A stretch of 64,000 nt of DNA, taken from NCBI GenBank assembly GCA_965248445.1, contig CBDFJG010000004.1:320001-384000 (forward strand). Reading direction: 5' to 3'. Numbering within the stretch: position 1 is the first letter of the stretch; each line of letters starts with the position of its first letter. A program made the translations under genes and the position numbers. The notes below the pieces were generated by a model. That model was not told the origin of the DNA. It searched no databases and saw only the letters and a list, made by a program, of their open reading frames with translations. Source of the stretch: Planctomycetota bacterium. GTDB taxonomy: Bacteria > Planctomycetota > JAJSAM01 > JAJVHW01. Shown in pieces: positions 61,043 through 64,000 of the stretch.

Positions 61043-62665
61043 TTACCGGAGCTCCAAGAGCACGCCGACATCCTGACTACCAACCGTGACGTCTGCGAGC
61101 AGAGGCTCATGTGCGAGCGACAGGTCCACCCCGAAGACACCATCGAACACCCCGACGTAGTATCTTCCACTGGGGATGCCCTCGAACTTCGCCGGCAGTC
61201 CGCTGTGAAATCGCATCCAATCGCCATCCTGAAACGGCTCTCCGGACGTGGGCTGAATGGCCACGAACACGCGGCGACACGAGAACTCCTGACCATCCCT
61301 TCGCGCCGTCACCGTTACCGCGGAGGAACCCGCGGTCAGAAGGTCATCTGGGATCCTGAGGGGAGTGACTTGTCGCGATTGGTTACTTTTGGTGATGAAC
61401 GTCGCCACGCCGCTATTCCAAATCACGAGTGCGTATCGACCGGCTCCCAGCCCGCTTATGGTCTTCGTGCTGGTTCCGGGCAGGAGGTCGCCCGAGGACA
61501 GATCGCCGGGTACGCCTTCGAGGATGGCGTTCAAGTTGAATGACACCTCAGTACTCACCAGTGTCTCCCCTGCTGGTGCGCGCAACTCGAGAGACCCTCC
61601 CGGTCCGCGAGATGCGAGGTGCAGTCTGGAGGCCTCACCGGCGATGATCTCGATGCGACCGTACATCGCTCTCGCGCCTTGCGGGTGAACGCCGATCAAG
61701 TACCGCCCCGCAGGAACCCCCCGCACTGAGAAGAGCGCCTCTCCTCCTGGGCCGGTCGCTCTCGTCGCGCGGGGGGATCTGGGCAGCGAGCGCTGCACCC
61801 CGTCCTCCCAGATGCGTCGCAGCGTCAGGCCGGCGTGTTCACTCGTGGTTCGTGATCCCTTGGCGTCCAGACCGGAGACCAGGATCTCGAGGGATCCGCC
61901 GACGCCCGTCGTGAGCTGCACGAAGACCGGGCCGGTCGCGTCCGCGTCAATTTGGATAGAGCGTTGCGCTGCCCAGTACGCCTCTGCCTCCTGGCGCTCA
62001 AGCATTCCAAACTGCCCGGCACTGACTAGTTCGACGTCGAACTCGCCCGTATCCGCCTCCGGCACACCTGCATATCCATAGTCATCTGTCGTGACCGTCC
62101 ACTCTTCACGCTCGGACCGCCCGCGCCGTCGCGAGCGCACAAGGACGTCTGCTCCGCGCACCGGCTGCTTGCTCGCATCGAGGACGCTGACCACAATCCC
62201 AGCAAGCGGCGATCGTCTCGCAACGGTCACCACGAGACGTCCGTGCTCACCGACGCTCGCGCTCACAACGCTTGCTGTTGCCGGAATGAACACATGCTCA
62301 AACCCATCGACCTCCGTTCGCAGGTCAACGAGCTTTACGAGAGAGCCGGTGCGCCACAGATGCCGCACCGGTTCCGCTCGCCGTGCAGTCACGACCTGCG
62401 GGCCATCTCCCTCCACAGCGAACAGCAGGCGCGCCTCGAGGAACTTGTGCCGTTCGAAACTCGAACCCAATTGGACATCAATCAGGTGGCCGGGGTCCCC
62501 GGCCGGTGGTGCGCCACTCCCAGCGTCTCCGCAACCCGTGCTTGCGATGGAGAGCAAGGCGGCGAGTAGGATCGACCGGATGAACCCGTAACCGAGCGGC
62601 GCAGGCCCAGGGATGAGGCCCGCCGAGACAGAGCTTCGCCCGCTGCCGTCTATTGTCGTGCCCAT
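61043..62665 (-). CDS. Putative lipoprotein with carboxypeptidase-regulatory-like beta-sandwich domains
   Basis: LLSIASTGC lipobox-like; VLDASKQPVRGADV, TTDDYG, GVPAGRY, GIPSGRY. Confidence 0.6.
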   Translation of the reverse strand: MGTTIDGSGRSSVSAGLIPGPAPLGYGFIRSILLAALLSIASTGCGDAGSGAPPAGDPGHLIDVQLGSSFERHKFLEARLLFAVEGDGPQVVTARRAEPVRHLWRTGSLVKLVDLRTEVDGFEHVFIPATASVVSASVGEHGRLVVTVARRSPLAGIVVSVLDASKQPVRGADVLVRSRRRGRSEREEWTVTTDDYGYAGVPEADTGEFDVELVSAGQFGMLERQEAEAYWAAQRSIQIDADATGPVFVQLTTGVGGSLEILVSGLDAKGSRTTSEHAGLTLRRIWEDGVQRSLPRSPRATRATGPGGEALFSVRGVPAGRYLIGVHPQGARAMYGRIEIIAGEASRLHLASRGPGGSLELRAPAGETLVSTEVSFNLNAILEGVPGDLSSGDLLPGTSTKTISGLGAGRYALVIWNSGVATFITKSNQSRQVTPLRIPDDLLTAGSSAVTVTARRDGQEFSCRRVFVAIQPTSGEPFQDGDWMRFHSGLPAKFEGIPSGRYYVGVFDGVFGVDLSLAHEPLLADVTVGSQDVGVLLELR

Positions 62666-64000
62666 CGGTAGATTCTCGATCGCTCCCCGACACTGATAAA
62701 GAAAGCCGCTTCCTGCCAGTTCTTTCCGGACTCTGTGCGATGACCGCCCGGAAACCACGTGAACGCGTTGTACCTGCCGTGCGGAATCACCGCACGCGAT
62801 CCGTCGAGGCAGGTCACGCACCAGGCGGAGTAGCCGTCGCCTCCGAGTTGAAACATCACACGGGGCCGAGCCGTCAAGAACGAGTTGTTGAGCACGAGAC
62901 CCGCAGAGTCCGTCGTCACGGTGGAAGTCGCCTCATCGCGTTGCGGAAGCCCTGGGAGTGTGATGTCATTCTCTCCGGGTTGGACTTCTATCAACAGTGA
63001 CTCAACCGGAGCTTCGCAATCCTCAGGGACAGTGCTCAGGACGTAAGTTCCGGGATTGATCGGACCAAGGTCGGCGGTCAACGGGGTAACTTCACTGCGC
63101 CGCGTCACCGTCACCTGTGCGGCGTCCGCTGCTGTCGCTGTCGAGAGCAGTTGGTCCATCCGCAGTGTCACACTCGTGACGCCAGCGTCCGCCGGCAGAG
63201 CCAATCTCACGCTCGAGATGCCAAGGCTGAGTGTTGCGGTAATCTCTACAGTCTCCCCAGGTTCTGGAGCGACGTTGACCACTCCGTGGCCCGCGGTTGG
63301 CGACCATACCGACACGCGCAACTCGCTTGGAACGACATCCGGAACTTCGAGTACTCCGCGATCGAGCTGACCACCTCTGATCATGCGCACGGGCCGCCAT
63401 GCACGCTCAGCGACTCTCGCAGAAATGGTGCACCGAAGATCCCTCACGTCCGTGAGCGCGGGGGCAAATCGAAGTCGAAGACGCGAGGCGCGGCTCACGC
63501 GCAAGTCCACGAGAACGTTGGGTTCCTCAACTCCCACTATCACGGCGCCGTGGGCGGATCCCTGAGGCAGTCTCCGCTGTGGCTCTACTGGACCAGTCGT
63601 GTACCCGCGCGGCGTTGAGCCGACAATCAGGTCGTACCGACCAGGCTCTGAGTAGACGCGGCCGGCGATGCCGAACTCGTTCGTGAGAACAACAGACCGT
63701 CCCGTGGGACCGGCCACAGTGATCGACGCACCCGCAACTGGCTCCGCTCGGTCGTCCAACACGCGCACACGCAGCCGTATTCCGTCTTCGGGGACGGCGG
63801 CACCGGTCACGCGACTCACTTCCATCATGTGCGGCGATGGCGATGTAGAAGTCGTGTGTTCTGCGGGAGCTAGAAGGAAATCCGCGTTGGAAAGTCCGTC
63901 GACTATCGACGCAGCCGATGCGGCAGATCCATGCGGCGCTAGTCGGGGACGGGCGCGGTACGTAGCAGATCGAGTGGGGATCGAAAGGGGAGTTGGCGCA
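62650..64000 (-). CDS. Protein with carboxypeptidase-regulatory-like domains; 5' end lies outside the window
   Basis: The frame of track ORF 62650-63828 stays open to the window edge; VLDDRAEPVAGASI, LTNEFG, PGRYDL, PGTYVL. Confidence 0.6.
   Translation of the reverse strand, partial: APTPLSIPTRSATYRARPRLAPHGSAASAASIVDGLSNADFLLAPAEHTTSTSPSPHMMEVSRVTGAAVPEDGIRLRVRVLDDRAEPVAGASITVAGPTGRSVVLTNEFGIAGRVYSEPGRYDLIVGSTPRGYTTGPVEPQRRLPQGSAHGAVIVGVEEPNVLVDLRVSRASRLRLRFAPALTDVRDLRCTISARVAERAWRPVRMIRGGQLDRGVLEVPDVVPSELRVSVWSPTAGHGVVNVAPEPGETVEITATLSLGISSVRLALPADAGVTSVTLRMDQLLSTATAADAAQVTVTRRSEVTPLTADLGPINPGTYVLSTVPEDCEAPVESLLIEVQPGENDITLPGLPQRDEATSTVTTDSAGLVLNNSFLTARPRVMFQLGGDGYSAWCVTCLDGSRAVIPHGRYNAFTWFPGGHRTESGKNWQEAAFFISVGERSRIYRWARQ

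Overview
GC-rich bacterial chromosomal segment, probably Planctomycetota. This is inferred from a prepilin/H-X9-DG-type gene, a planctomycete-like FliA/WhiG N-terminus and many HEAT, FGE and ECF-sigma genes. In order it holds: a truncated secreted FG-GAP-type protein; a tetrahaem cytochrome c and a HEAT/PDZ gene leading into murQ-anmK-nagZ; tRNA-Thr(CGT) followed by a single-ORF IS66 that cuts off a c-di-GMP-I riboswitch-controlled FliA/WhiG sigma gene; an ECF sigma/anti-sigma operon; a fused MFS/spermidine-synthase-like protein; boxR-boxC-boxB (no boxA in the window); a ccm cytochrome c maturation cluster with a Cys-type CcmE; pduO; an ECF sigma split by a second IS66 lineage; an AhpD-like gene with an in-frame UGA and SECIS-like hairpin (probable CxxU selenoprotein); a signal-peptide-less avidin-family gene; a PepSY/poly-Asp gene with an OmpR-type two-component system flanked by recurring GTTCA-N6-GTTCA boxes; and a second copy of that IS with a 295-bp tandem 3' duplication. 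No CRISPR, rRNA or prophage was seen. All calls come from reading motifs by eye; no database searches were run.
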